From an uncultured Candidatus Saccharibacteria bacterium (GTDB taxonomy: Bacteria; Patescibacteriota; Minisyncoccia; Phycocordibacterales; UBA2100): a stretch of DNA of 64,000 bases. The notes under the pieces were generated by a model that saw nothing but the letters and a program-made list of their open reading frames with translations, searched no databases and had not been told where the DNA came from. A program made the translations under genes and the position numbers. Where the stretch lies: contig CAZZHR010000002.1 of NCBI GenBank assembly GCA_964654205.1, positions 1,800-65,799 of the forward strand, given 5' to 3'. Of this stretch, positions 23,921 to 32,196 are shown piece by piece; position 1 is the first letter of the stretch; every line of letters starts with the position of its first letter.

Positions 23921-23940
23921 AGTCCTTGCATGCGCATGCA
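23921..23940. promoter_or_regulatory. Perfect 20-bp palindrome (ccttgcatgcgcatgcaagg) in the rpoB leader
   Basis: Exactly self-complementary; 27 nt upstream of the rpoB start codon. Confidence 0.6.
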
Positions 23941-24164
23941 AGGAAGGAGGGTTCTCCCCAAGGCTGAGTTACGACGCACGCTTTTAAATTTTTCTATAAA
24001 AATGCCCGTGTCTTTCAACGGAACTGTTTTGCGTGAGGCCGAGGTCGCAACTCAATCAGGCCAGGCAAAGGTCGGCCAAATATATACGAGATGTATGGAT
24101 GAGTCAAATGTGAGGCAAAGAGCAGGACCGCCTTCGGCGGTCCCTCGATAGCCCTGGGGCATCC

Positions 24165-24497
24165 CTATGGGTGGTGCGGCTTGCCGTCGACGCGGACTAC
24201 CTTTCCGTCGACGACGTACGCGCCGACCGAGGTGCCATTGTCTTGAATGCGAAGCGGACTCTCCACGCCCCGGCGCCCCTCCGCCTTTTTGACCGTGATA
24301 ACTTCAAGCCGTTTCCGGCGAGGAACTGCTTCGCCTGTTGCCCTGTTCGAAATCATATCCACGACGTTCTCCTGTTGCTTTCGGTGGATTGCAGCTACTT
24401 TTGCCGCTTCGAGCTCCTCCTCGTCGATAACGGCTTTCCTTCTACAACCCGGTACAGATGTACCGCGACACGTGAATTGTTTACACCCACAAGACAT
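24165..24497 (-). CDS. Hypothetical protein with N-terminal 4-Cys cluster (110 aa)
   Basis: MSCGCKQFTCRGTSVPGC...; strong RBS GGGGGAGA; own hairpin terminator downstream. Confidence 0.4.
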   Translation of the reverse strand: MSCGCKQFTCRGTSVPGCRRKAVIDEEELEAAKVAAIHRKQQENVVDMISNRATGEAVPRRKRLEVITVKKAEGRRGVESPLRIQDNGTSVGAYVVDGKVVRVDGKPHHP

Positions 24498-24580
24498 GAG
24501 AATCTCCCCCTATATTTTGTGAACTTCGAACCCCACGAAGTTGCTGCGAAAATCCTACGCCTCTTACGGTAGTATTGCAA

Positions 24581-24626
24581 CAAAAATAAAAAGCAAGCGA
24601 GCAATACCTACCTAGGTATTGCTCGC
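24581..24626 (-). terminator. Intrinsic terminator after the 24657-24926 gene
   Basis: GCGAGCAATACCtacctaGGTATTGCTCGC, a 12-bp stem, followed by TTTTTATTTTTG on the minus strand. Confidence 0.8.
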
Positions 24627-24656
24627 TGTTTGTACTGCTGCCGCATTTTTACCTCC

Positions 24657-24926
24657 CTAGCTTGCTTTCTCGTACGAAAGTGCGTTGCTGGGAGCTGGAG
24701 CGTTCTGCTCGCGCTCTTTGGCGAGCCACGCCTTGTCGGCGTCAGTGAGCTCGCGCACCTTCACGGCCACGGACTTACCATCGCGCTCTACGACGACGGC
24801 TGGCGTAGACCAATCGCTGTTTCGTGGTATTGGTACATCGCAACCGGGACCACGGTATCCCCCTGGCGAGTTCGTCTTGACCTCGCTCACAGGTCCGACT
24901 CCCCAGGGATGCCACATTGCTGGCAT
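24657..24926 (-). CDS. Hypothetical protein (89 aa)
   Basis: RBS AGGAGG 6 nt upstream; strong terminator downstream; no recognisable domain. Confidence 0.45.
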   Translation of the reverse strand: MPAMWHPWGVGPVSEVKTNSPGGYRGPGCDVPIPRNSDWSTPAVVVERDGKSVAVKVRELTDADKAWLAKEREQNAPAPSNALSYEKAS

Positions 24927-24995
24927 TTGCCCCTCCTTCTGAGTTTGCGCACGCGTTTAACACGCACTTCTAAGCGCTAGAATAACATTTTTTTC

Positions 24996-25664
24996 TCATT
25001 TTTCAAGCCCCCGACGATTCTTTTTCCACTCATCGATCTTTGCGTGGTTGCCGCTCCTTAACACTGCCGGCACTTTGTACTTCTTTTTCTTCCACACAAG
25101 CACCTCCGGACGCGTATAGACCTCAGGCGACGACACGCGCGATGCTTCGAGCGATTCGGCTTTGCCGAGAACACCTGGTATGTGCCGCGCGATAGCATCT
25201 ATCATGGTGGCCGCGGGAAGCTCGCCGCCCGTGAGCACATACGGTCCGACGGAGACTTTCTTCGCCTTCAGTATCTTCTGCACGCGCGCATCGACACCCT
25301 CATAGTGGCCAGAGATGAAAACAATATCTTCCTTCTTTGCCAGCTTCACCGCCATCGCCTCGTCGAACTGTGCGCCATCAGTGGCGAAAAAGATTACTTC
25401 CGCTTTCCGCCGGCCGGCGGACTTGCCACGAGCCTTTTCAACCGCGCGGAGCATTGGCTCTGGTCGCATGACCATGCCCGGCCCTCCACCGTACGGACGT
25501 CGGTCAACCCGCTCTTCAGAGACGCGCCCCTTAGGCACAAATTTTTTTGGATCGTAGTAGGAGACACGAATCTTCTTTTTTTCCTGTGCTTTTCCGAGAA
25601 TCGACGCGTCGAGGTACGGACGAATCGCATCCGGGAAAAGCGTTACGATATGGAAGTGAATCAT
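24996..25664 (-). CDS. trmD: tRNA (guanine37-N1)-methyltransferase
   Basis: MIHFHIVTLFPD, RPYGGGPGMVM and the SPOUT knot region SGHYEGVDARV...LTGGELPA; start moved to MIHFHIV. Confidence 0.9.
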   Translation of the reverse strand: MIHFHIVTLFPDAIRPYLDASILGKAQEKKKIRVSYYDPKKFVPKGRVSEERVDRRPYGGGPGMVMRPEPMLRAVEKARGKSAGRRKAEVIFFATDGAQFDEAMAVKLAKKEDIVFISGHYEGVDARVQKILKAKKVSVGPYVLTGGELPAATMIDAIARHIPGVLGKAESLEASRVSSPEVYTRPEVLVWKKKKYKVPAVLRSGNHAKIDEWKKNRRGLEK

Positions 25665-25678
25665 ATATACTTTGGGCA

Positions 25679-25999
25679 ATGTTTGCGAAACTCCGCTCGT
25701 TCTTCGTGGCGTCACTCGTCGCGCTCTTCTTCCAGCTCGTAGTTATCTTTGTTTTTCAGATAATGTACCGAGGGTTGGATTGCGGATTGCTCGAACAAAG
25801 AGTCTGCTCGTTCCCTATCTTTCTCAAGGGTATTACCGAACTCGTCGCATCGATCAATATCTACAGCCTCGGAGCCCCGACAATACTTCTCGCACTCATC
25901 ATTGGGGCTGCGTGGCGTATTTATCGAGAACTTCGCAAGAGCGGTATGCGGCGGCGCGATTTTGTCGCCCCGTCGGCGCTCAACACTACTGACCTTTGA
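25679..25999 (+). CDS. Possible small two-TM membrane protein (106 aa), sitting where rimM would be expected
   Basis: MFAKLRSFFVASLVALFFQLVVIFVF... with moderate GC3 bias; the only plausible ORF in the 270-bp gap between trmD and khpA. Confidence 0.3.
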   Translation: MFAKLRSFFVASLVALFFQLVVIFVFQIMYRGLDCGLLEQRVCSFPIFLKGITELVASINIYSLGAPTILLALIIGAAWRIYRELRKSGMRRRDFVAPSALNTTDL

Positions 26000-26327
26000 G
26001 GTCGGTGATGATGTCGTCGACGGTCGTATCGCGAACGTACGGCTCAGAGGTACCAGAATCGCCCTGCGCATCCGCACGGCCACCCTCCGGCTCTTCTATC
26101 TTAAGGTTGACGCGCGCATCGTTCTTCATGCCCACCACGCGAAGCACGGTGCGGATTGCCTTGGCTGTCGCACCCGAGCGGCCGATGACCTTGCCCATGT
26201 CGTCGCGGTTGACGCTGAGCGTGAGGAGCACGCCCATCTCATCCACCGTGCGCGTAATCTTCACATCTTCCGGCTTGTCGACGAGTGCCTTTACTACGTA
26301 CTCGAGAAATGCCTGATCGCTTTCCAT
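25986..26327 (-). CDS. khpA: KH-domain RNA-binding protein (KhpA/YlqC-like, UPF0109)
   Basis: KH GxxG loop VIGRSGATAKAIRTVL; conserved position between rpsP and trmD. Confidence 0.75.
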   Translation of the reverse strand: MESDQAFLEYVVKALVDKPEDVKITRTVDEMGVLLTLSVNRDDMGKVIGRSGATAKAIRTVLRVVGMKNDARVNLKIEEPEGGRADAQGDSGTSEPYVRDTTVDDIITDLKGQ

Positions 26328-26400
26328 ATCTATCGTGCTATTCAGAGTAATGAAAACATTGTACGATTGCTGACATCGGGCGTCAACCTCACCTATCAGA

Positions 26401-26436
26401 CTCCTGCAAATTCACCAATTGGTGGATTTACAGGAG
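26401..26436. promoter_or_regulatory. 36-nt near-palindromic element, copy 1
   Basis: 31/36 identical to 54654-54689; core TTCACCAATTGGTGGA flanked by ctcctg/caggag arms; lies between rpsP and khpA. Confidence 0.7.
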
Positions 26437-26473
26437 TGAATCGTTTCCGAGGCTCGAGGTCGTTCTCGATGAA

Positions 26474-26893
26474 CTAGTCCTGCTTCTCTTCAGGAGCTAC
26501 TTCAGTCGGAGCTGCGTCGGCAGATGGTTCTTCAGCTGCCGGTGCCTCGACAGGAGTCTCTGTGGCAGGGGTCTCCGCAGCTGTCGGAGCTTCCGCCGGT
26601 GCCACTTCTTCTTTCTGCGGCTCGACGTACTTCGGAAGCACATTTATCTTCTTGCCCTTGATGATGCCTGCCGAAACGAGCATGTTGTGCACCGTGTCGG
26701 ATGGCTTCGCGCCGACGGAGAGCCAGTGCTGAATCTTGGCCTCGTCGAATTTCCTCTCCTTAGCCCTGGGATTATAAGTACCGACGATGTCGGTGAACTT
26801 GCCGGTCTTCGGTCCTTCTGTGTGCTCCACGACAATAAGGCGGTACGACGGCATGTTGATGCGGCCGATGCGCTGCAATCTGATTTTTAGCAT
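26474..26893 (-). CDS. rpsP: 30S ribosomal protein S16 with low-complexity Ala/Pro/Glu C-terminal extension
   Basis: MLKIRLQRIGRINMPSYRLIVVEH...GTYNP matches S16. Confidence 0.9.
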   Translation of the reverse strand: MLKIRLQRIGRINMPSYRLIVVEHTEGPKTGKFTDIVGTYNPRAKERKFDEAKIQHWLSVGAKPSDTVHNMLVSAGIIKGKKINVLPKYVEPQKEEVAPAEAPTAAETPATETPVEAPAAEEPSADAAPTEVAPEEKQD

Positions 26894-27137
26894 TGCGAGA
26901 CTCTAGCAAATTTGGCATCTACCGTCAAATCGTGGTTTACTATCCCCAGCCAAGAAAGGGGGTGATGTAAACGGACAAAGAAACCAAGTACAGTCTTATC
27001 GCTGTGGCTGTGAGCGTTGTAATCGCTGTGCTACTCACTTGTGTCGGAAGTATGCTCCCGCGTGCTTCCGAGACTCGCCCGGCACAGGCGACGTCCACAG
27101 ACCAAAGATGAGACAAGGGGATGATCTCTCGAAATAC

Positions 27138-27176
27138 GACGGCCGTGCTTGAGTGCACGGCCGTTTTCTTTTTTTG
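27138..27176 (+). terminator. Strong plus-strand intrinsic terminator with no annotated plus-strand gene upstream
   Basis: ACGGCCGTGCttgagtGCACGGCCGT followed by TTTTCTTTTTTTG. Confidence 0.7.
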
Positions 27177-27234
27177 TGATTATTTGACAAGTTTTAGCCG
27201 GCGCCCCGCTCGGGGCGCCGGCCATCGGGACGCA

Positions 27235-27570
27235 TCACGCGTCCGCGCGCACAACATCTTCGTTGATCATGAGGACCATGTCGCGGATGTGGCCTATCTG
27301 CTCGTCTTCCGACTCGCAGAGAGTTCCTGCGTCAGCGAAACCGAGCGCACGAATGCGCTCCGGTTCGGTGGCGGGCATCGGCATCCACGGGTCACCCGGA
27401 GTGGGTCGCCAGAGATAGAAGGTCCTCTGCTCCGGCCGCGTACGCGGCACCGCCCTTTCCGAAGGAAGATCGACGATGAGCTGGATGAACGCAGTTCCCT
27501 CGAACTCGCGTTCGCTGACGGTCCGCGGCGTATACGCCCTGTTGCCGCACTGGATGCGACTCATTTCCAT
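27235..27570 (-). CDS. Hypothetical protein (111 aa)
   Basis: High GC3 bias; RBS GGGAGG 7 nt upstream of ATG 27570; GC hairpin (27197-27222) downstream. Confidence 0.4.
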   Translation of the reverse strand: MEMSRIQCGNRAYTPRTVSEREFEGTAFIQLIVDLPSERAVPRTRPEQRTFYLWRPTPGDPWMPMPATEPERIRALGFADAGTLCESEDEQIGHIRDMVLMINEDVVRADA

Positions 27571-27625
27571 GCCTGCCTCCCGGCTACGATTGGCTCGAAC
27601 TGCCACCAATCTAGACGAGATACCA

Positions 27626-29836
27626 CTATTTCGCCACCCTTGTCGCCTCTTCAAACTTTACGGACAGGAGCTTCGAGACGCCGTCGTTCGACATGGTGAC
27701 CCCGTAGAGTTCGCCCGCGGCCGCCATCGTGGCTCTGTTGTGCGTAATCACGATGAGCTGTGATTTCTCTCCAAGCTCGCGAATCATGTCGGCGTATCGC
27801 TTGCTGTTGGCCTCGTCGAGTGCGGCGTCCGTCTCGTCAAGAATCAAAAAAGGCGGCGGATTCACCTGCGTCATCGCGAATATCATGGCGATAGAGGTGA
27901 GCGCGCGTTCGCCGCCCGAGAGCACCTCGAGTCCGCGTATCTTCTTTCGTGGCAGCGACACGTCTATCGCGAGGCCGGCGTATATCTCATCTTCCTCGGC
28001 GACATCCATTTCATCTTCATCGTCGAATTCTTCTTTCTTGCCGCGTCTCGGCTCTTCGATGAAGAGCTTCGCCATGCCGCCCCCGAAGAGCTTCTCGAAG
28101 AATGTCTTGAGCGCCGTGTTGATGTGCTTGAGGCCGTCTTTAAAGCGCTCGTCAATCGTCTTTTCAAGCTCAGCGATTATTTCCTTGAGCTTTACCGCCG
28201 ATGTTTCGAGGTCGGCAAGTTCACGTGTCAGGAATTCGTCGCGCTCCTTGGTCTGATTGAATTCTTTGACCACCGCGTCACCGTTGCCGAGCCCGCTCTC
28301 CTCAATCTTTATCTTGAGCCGCTCGATCTCGCGGCGACGCTTCTCCTGTTCTCTCCTATCTTCCATCAGTGCGCCCTGCGGAATACCCTCTTTCTCCCAG
28401 CCGTGCACGGCCGTACCCACGAGCGCGATTCCCTCTCGCACCTCTTCTTCAAAGCGCTGCCGCAGCGCCGCGATGCTCTGCCTCGCAGCGCCGGTCGCAT
28501 TGAGCAAATTCTGTGCCTCGCGTATCTGACCTTCGAGTTCGATTGTTTCTCGCTCGGCAGCAAAAGACGCTTCGCGGATACGTGCGATTTCTGCGCGCAT
28601 GTCCTCGATTTCTTTCACCACGGACGCCTCTTCCCTCTGCTTCTTCTCGAGCGCGTCGCCAAGCTCTTCCACGTGCTTTTTCGCCTCGTGGTTGGTCACG
28701 GGCGCGGCTCCCGTGAGCCCTTCGATGAATGATCGGATGCGGTCGCGAATCGCGAGCAGTGTCGAACGGATGTTCGCGATATCGCCGTCTTCGGCCGCCT
28801 CGGCGATTTGCGCGTCGATTTCTCGAGCGAACTGTCGCACATGCGGTACTGCGACAATCTGCTCTACCGTCACGGTGTTGGCCTCTAGTGCTCCCTCGGC
28901 GCGTCCGAGCTCTCGCGCGATATCGCCGGATTGCCGACGCATCTCGACGAGCTTTGCTTCCCTCTCTTGCAGCTTTTCGTGCAACTCGTGTGCTCGCGAA
29001 GTCGCACCGCTCTCCCCCTTGCCCGCAATCCCGCTCGCCTCTTTGAGTCGGGCGGTGAGCTTCTTTACATCGGCATCATGTTCTATAGCCTCGTCGCGAA
29101 GCCTCACATCTTCCTGCGTAATCCATGCGTTCTCGCGTGCGAGGTAATCACCGAGTTTTTCCGCGAGGAGCGCTTTCATCTCACGCGCTTTCTCTATTTT
29201 TTCCACTTGCGTTCGAAGAAAGTTCAGGTGCGGCGCAATCTCGCGGCGCAGCGACTTCGTCTTGTCGATGTTGACGGCTGTTTCCTCGAGCTTTCGCTCG
29301 CTCTCAGCTTTTTTGTGCTGGTAGAGCTTGAGCCCGAGCGCGTCTTCTACCATCTCGCGACGCTCGCGCGGAGATGCATTGAGGATGCGGTCGGCCTCGC
29401 CTTGGGAGATTATCTGATAGCCAGAGCCGCCGATGTTGGCTCCCGCGAGAAGACGGATGACATCTTTGAGTCGCACGACCGAGCCGTTGAGCAAATACTC
29501 ATTCTGACCGTCGCGGTACACGACGCGTTCCACGACCACTTCGTTGAAATCGATATCCAGAAGCCGCTTCGAGTTGTCGAACGTTACCTTCACGCCCGCG
29601 CGATTCGCGCGGGCAAGGCCGGGGCTGCCGCCCCAAATGAGGTCCTCGCCCTTTTTCGAGCGCATACTCTTCATCGACTGCTCGCCAAGAACGAAGCGAA
29701 AACCCTCTGCCACGTTCGATTTGCCGGAGCCGTTGGGCCCGACGATGCCGGCTATGGGCGACGTGAAGACCATTTCGGTCTTCTTGCCAAAAGATTTAAA
29801 GCCGTTGAGCTCGATGGATTTGAGCGCGAGGAACAT
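27626..29836 (-). CDS. smc: SMC-family chromosome segregation ATPase, minimal form (736 aa)
   Basis: N-terminus LNGFKSFGKKTEMVFTSPIAGIVGPNGSGKSNVAEGFRFVLGEQSMKSMR (SMC Walker A head); long coiled coil; C-terminal LSGGERALTSIAMIFA...LILDETDAALD signature and Walker B. Confidence 0.75.
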   Translation of the reverse strand: MFLALKSIELNGFKSFGKKTEMVFTSPIAGIVGPNGSGKSNVAEGFRFVLGEQSMKSMRSKKGEDLIWGGSPGLARANRAGVKVTFDNSKRLLDIDFNEVVVERVVYRDGQNEYLLNGSVVRLKDVIRLLAGANIGGSGYQIISQGEADRILNASPRERREMVEDALGLKLYQHKKAESERKLEETAVNIDKTKSLRREIAPHLNFLRTQVEKIEKAREMKALLAEKLGDYLARENAWITQEDVRLRDEAIEHDADVKKLTARLKEASGIAGKGESGATSRAHELHEKLQEREAKLVEMRRQSGDIARELGRAEGALEANTVTVEQIVAVPHVRQFAREIDAQIAEAAEDGDIANIRSTLLAIRDRIRSFIEGLTGAAPVTNHEAKKHVEELGDALEKKQREEASVVKEIEDMRAEIARIREASFAAERETIELEGQIREAQNLLNATGAARQSIAALRQRFEEEVREGIALVGTAVHGWEKEGIPQGALMEDRREQEKRRREIERLKIKIEESGLGNGDAVVKEFNQTKERDEFLTRELADLETSAVKLKEIIAELEKTIDERFKDGLKHINTALKTFFEKLFGGGMAKLFIEEPRRGKKEEFDDEDEMDVAEEDEIYAGLAIDVSLPRKKIRGLEVLSGGERALTSIAMIFAMTQVNPPPFLILDETDAALDEANSKRYADMIRELGEKSQLIVITHNRATMAAAGELYGVTMSNDGVSKLLSVKFEEATRVAK

Positions 29837-30015
29837 TGATCATTATTGTATCAAAAATAGTGAAGCCCCGGACCGAATAGTCCCGACCTCTTTTTCACAC
29901 CCACAGCGAGTCGGCGTGTGTCTTTTGCCGTCTTCGCAGGCCTGACGAGGCCGAGACCGAGCGCTGACGCAGCGGCGCCAGATAGCGACGGCAAAAGATA
30001 CGCACCGCGAGCCCC

Positions 30016-30705
30016 TCACCACCCCTTTGCATCCAGCGCCTTCTGCGCGGCGTCTTGTTCTGCTTCTTGTTTGGAGCGGCCTTCTCCGACAGCAACCTGC
30101 GCCCCCCCGATGACCGAGGCTACGCGAAATGTGCGGTCGTGGTCAGGGCCTGTTTGGCTGACGAGTTGGTACGACGGCGTTACCCGCTCTTTCTCTTGCG
30201 AAATCTCCTGCAGTCGCGACTTGGCGTCTTGCCAGAGGCGCTTCGCTACTACCTCGTCGGTCTTGTGGAAGAGTTGCTTCGATATGAACTCTTTTGCAGC
30301 GTCATACCCGCTGTCGAGGTAGAGCGCCCCTATCACTGCCTCAAACGCGTTGGCGAGAATAATCTGCCGAGCCCTGCCCGTATCGCGCGCCTCCCCGCGC
30401 GAGAGCAGGAGGTACTCGTTCATGCCGAGGTCTGTCGCGCATTGCGCGAGTGACACCGTGTTCACGAGTGCTGCCCGATACGCGGTGAGTTCGCCCTCCG
30501 GCTTGTCGGGATACTTGTTGTACAAGAATTCCGTTACCACGAGTTCGAGAATGGCATCGCCCAAAAACTCCAAGCGCTCGTTGTGCTCTCTGCCATTACC
30601 CCGGTTCTCATTGAGGTATGAGCGGTGCGTAAATGCCTGCTCCAGGAGTGCACGATTGCGGAACGTGTAACTGATTTTCAATTCGAAGTTGTTGAAATCG
30701 GACAT
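30016..30705 (-). CDS. rnc: Ribonuclease III
   Basis: ERLEFLGDAILELVVTEFLY signature; C-terminal dsRBD. Confidence 0.9.
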   Translation of the reverse strand: MSDFNNFELKISYTFRNRALLEQAFTHRSYLNENRGNGREHNERLEFLGDAILELVVTEFLYNKYPDKPEGELTAYRAALVNTVSLAQCATDLGMNEYLLLSRGEARDTGRARQIILANAFEAVIGALYLDSGYDAAKEFISKQLFHKTDEVVAKRLWQDAKSRLQEISQEKERVTPSYQLVSQTGPDHDRTFRVASVIGGAQVAVGEGRSKQEAEQDAAQKALDAKGW

Positions 30706-30783
30706 ACCAGCGGAGGTTATAGCTTACAGGTTAGAGGGAATAGTAGATGCATTTACTAAAACCTACAACCTAAAGCCCGTCCA

Positions 30784-31695
30784 CTACTTCCGGTCTTTTT
30801 GCGCAAGCAGATTTATCGCACGCGTGACGACCGGCAATATGTCATCGTAAAAGTTCAAATCGCCGACTGAGGCGAGCGGGAACCACTGTGCATCGTCGAG
30901 GCCGCCCTCCTTTTTCAGCCTCAAATCCTGAAAGCTTGCCCGGGCGAGGTAGTACGTCGCATGCCGCTTCTTTTTGCCTCCGGCCGCGTTGCTATCGTTT
31001 GCCACGTATTCGTTCTCGCCCAGCTGATCCTCGACCTCTACATCGAGTCCGATTTCTTCCCTGACTTTGCGCTTCACGCCGTCGTGCTGCTGTTCGTCTT
31101 TCTGCAACTTGCCTTTCGAGAGCGTCCAATGGCCGAATATATCGTGCACGAGCGCGAGATACACCTCCTTTCCTTCACGTGCGTACACGACAGCACCTAT
31201 GAGCTCTTCGACAGGCATCTTGCCTCCTTTTTGCGACGGTTGCTTGCGCGCCACTCCCTCGTTCTTGCCCGGTTCGCCGAGCTCCACGTAGACTGCGCCA
31301 AGAACGCCGTTCACGAATCTTCCCGATGACGAGCTGCCGAAAGATTTCGCGAGCTCTATCGCCTCGTTGATAGCAACTTTTGCGGGCACCTGCGCCCTAT
31401 CGGCAAAGAGCAGCTCCGTAAGACCGAGCCTCAAAATGTTCCTGTCTATCGCAGCAATCTTCTCAATCGGCCACTCCGGTGCCGCGCGGACTATTACTTC
31501 GTCTATCTCCCTCTGCTTCGCGACGGCAGTCTGCAGCAGATTCTTCATAAAATTACTGTCGCTATCGCGTGCGCCAAATTCCTTGGAGTAATCGGCGAGA
31601 CGCCCGATGCACTCATCGAGACTCATCGCTGTATTTGAATCACGCTCGAAAAGCACTTGGAGGACTACGGAGCGCGCGAGGTGTCTATTTGCCAT
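30784..31695 (-). CDS. nusB: NusB antitermination factor fused to a C-terminal NUDIX hydrolase domain
   Basis: N-terminal 140 aa are NusB-like (ARSVVLQVLFERD...). The C-terminus carries the Nudix box GKLQKDEQQHDGVKRKVREEIGL (Gx5Ex7REVxEEIGL). Confidence 0.7.
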   Translation of the reverse strand: MANRHLARSVVLQVLFERDSNTAMSLDECIGRLADYSKEFGARDSDSNFMKNLLQTAVAKQREIDEVIVRAAPEWPIEKIAAIDRNILRLGLTELLFADRAQVPAKVAINEAIELAKSFGSSSSGRFVNGVLGAVYVELGEPGKNEGVARKQPSQKGGKMPVEELIGAVVYAREGKEVYLALVHDIFGHWTLSKGKLQKDEQQHDGVKRKVREEIGLDVEVEDQLGENEYVANDSNAAGGKKKRHATYYLARASFQDLRLKKEGGLDDAQWFPLASVGDLNFYDDILPVVTRAINLLAQKDRK

Positions 31696-31903
31696 ACCCG
31701 GTTAGTACAATTTCGGGTGACTCAGTGCGTAAGCTCCGCCGACCCAGTCGCGAAGAATCGTCATTCGATAATTGTTGGAATGCGCGTGTTCAATATTCAT
31801 ACTAAAGAGCATATTCGAAGTTGTCCTACCGAGCATGCGAACAAAGGAACTGTCCCACCAGTGTAGCAGGAATCAATAAAGGGCGAATGAACGCCGTGGA
31901 AAA

Positions 31904-32179
31904 CTACTTGGCCTCGGCTGTATCCTTATCTTTCGATTCGGTCTGCTGCCCAGAAGCTCGGAGCTCCTTTTCCTTTCGCTTGATGCGGCGCTGTTCGCGC
32001 TTGGCTCGCTCCACGACATCGATGACCACCTTGCCGCGGTAAAGACCCGTCTGAGGGTCCACACGGTGGCGCAGGTGCACGCCGCCCTTCTGGTCCACCG
32101 TGAGGCGTGCGGCAGAGAGACCATGATGGCTCCGGCGCTTTCTCGTCTTTGAGCGGTTTACCCGCATTCGTACTACCAT
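31904..32179 (-). CDS. rpmF: 50S ribosomal protein L32 with Lys/Glu-rich C-terminal tail
   Basis: NRSKTRKRRSHHGLSAARLTVDQKGGVHLRHRVDPQTGLYRGKVVI aligns to E. coli L32 (RSHDALT..LSVDKTSGEKHLRHHIT..GYYRGRKVI). Confidence 0.75.
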   Translation of the reverse strand: MVVRMRVNRSKTRKRRSHHGLSAARLTVDQKGGVHLRHRVDPQTGLYRGKVVIDVVERAKREQRRIKRKEKELRASGQQTESKDKDTAEAK

Positions 32180-32196
32180 AGTGGCAGCACTATACC

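Noticed and set aside
21384-23987. 867-aa plus-strand ORF (and similar long ORFs at 19810-20916, 38519-40057, 40478-41416, 47083-47958, 48060-48986)
   Set aside because: These are antisense to well-supported genes (rpoB, rpoC, the repeat protein and others) and are Arg/Ala-rich with low complexity; they are typical high-GC antisense artefacts.
25712-26083. 123-aa minus-strand ORF in the trmD-khpA gap as a possible rimM
   Set aside because: No RimM/PRC-barrel similarity; it overlaps khpA out of frame and has low-complexity Ser/Thr/Arg composition.
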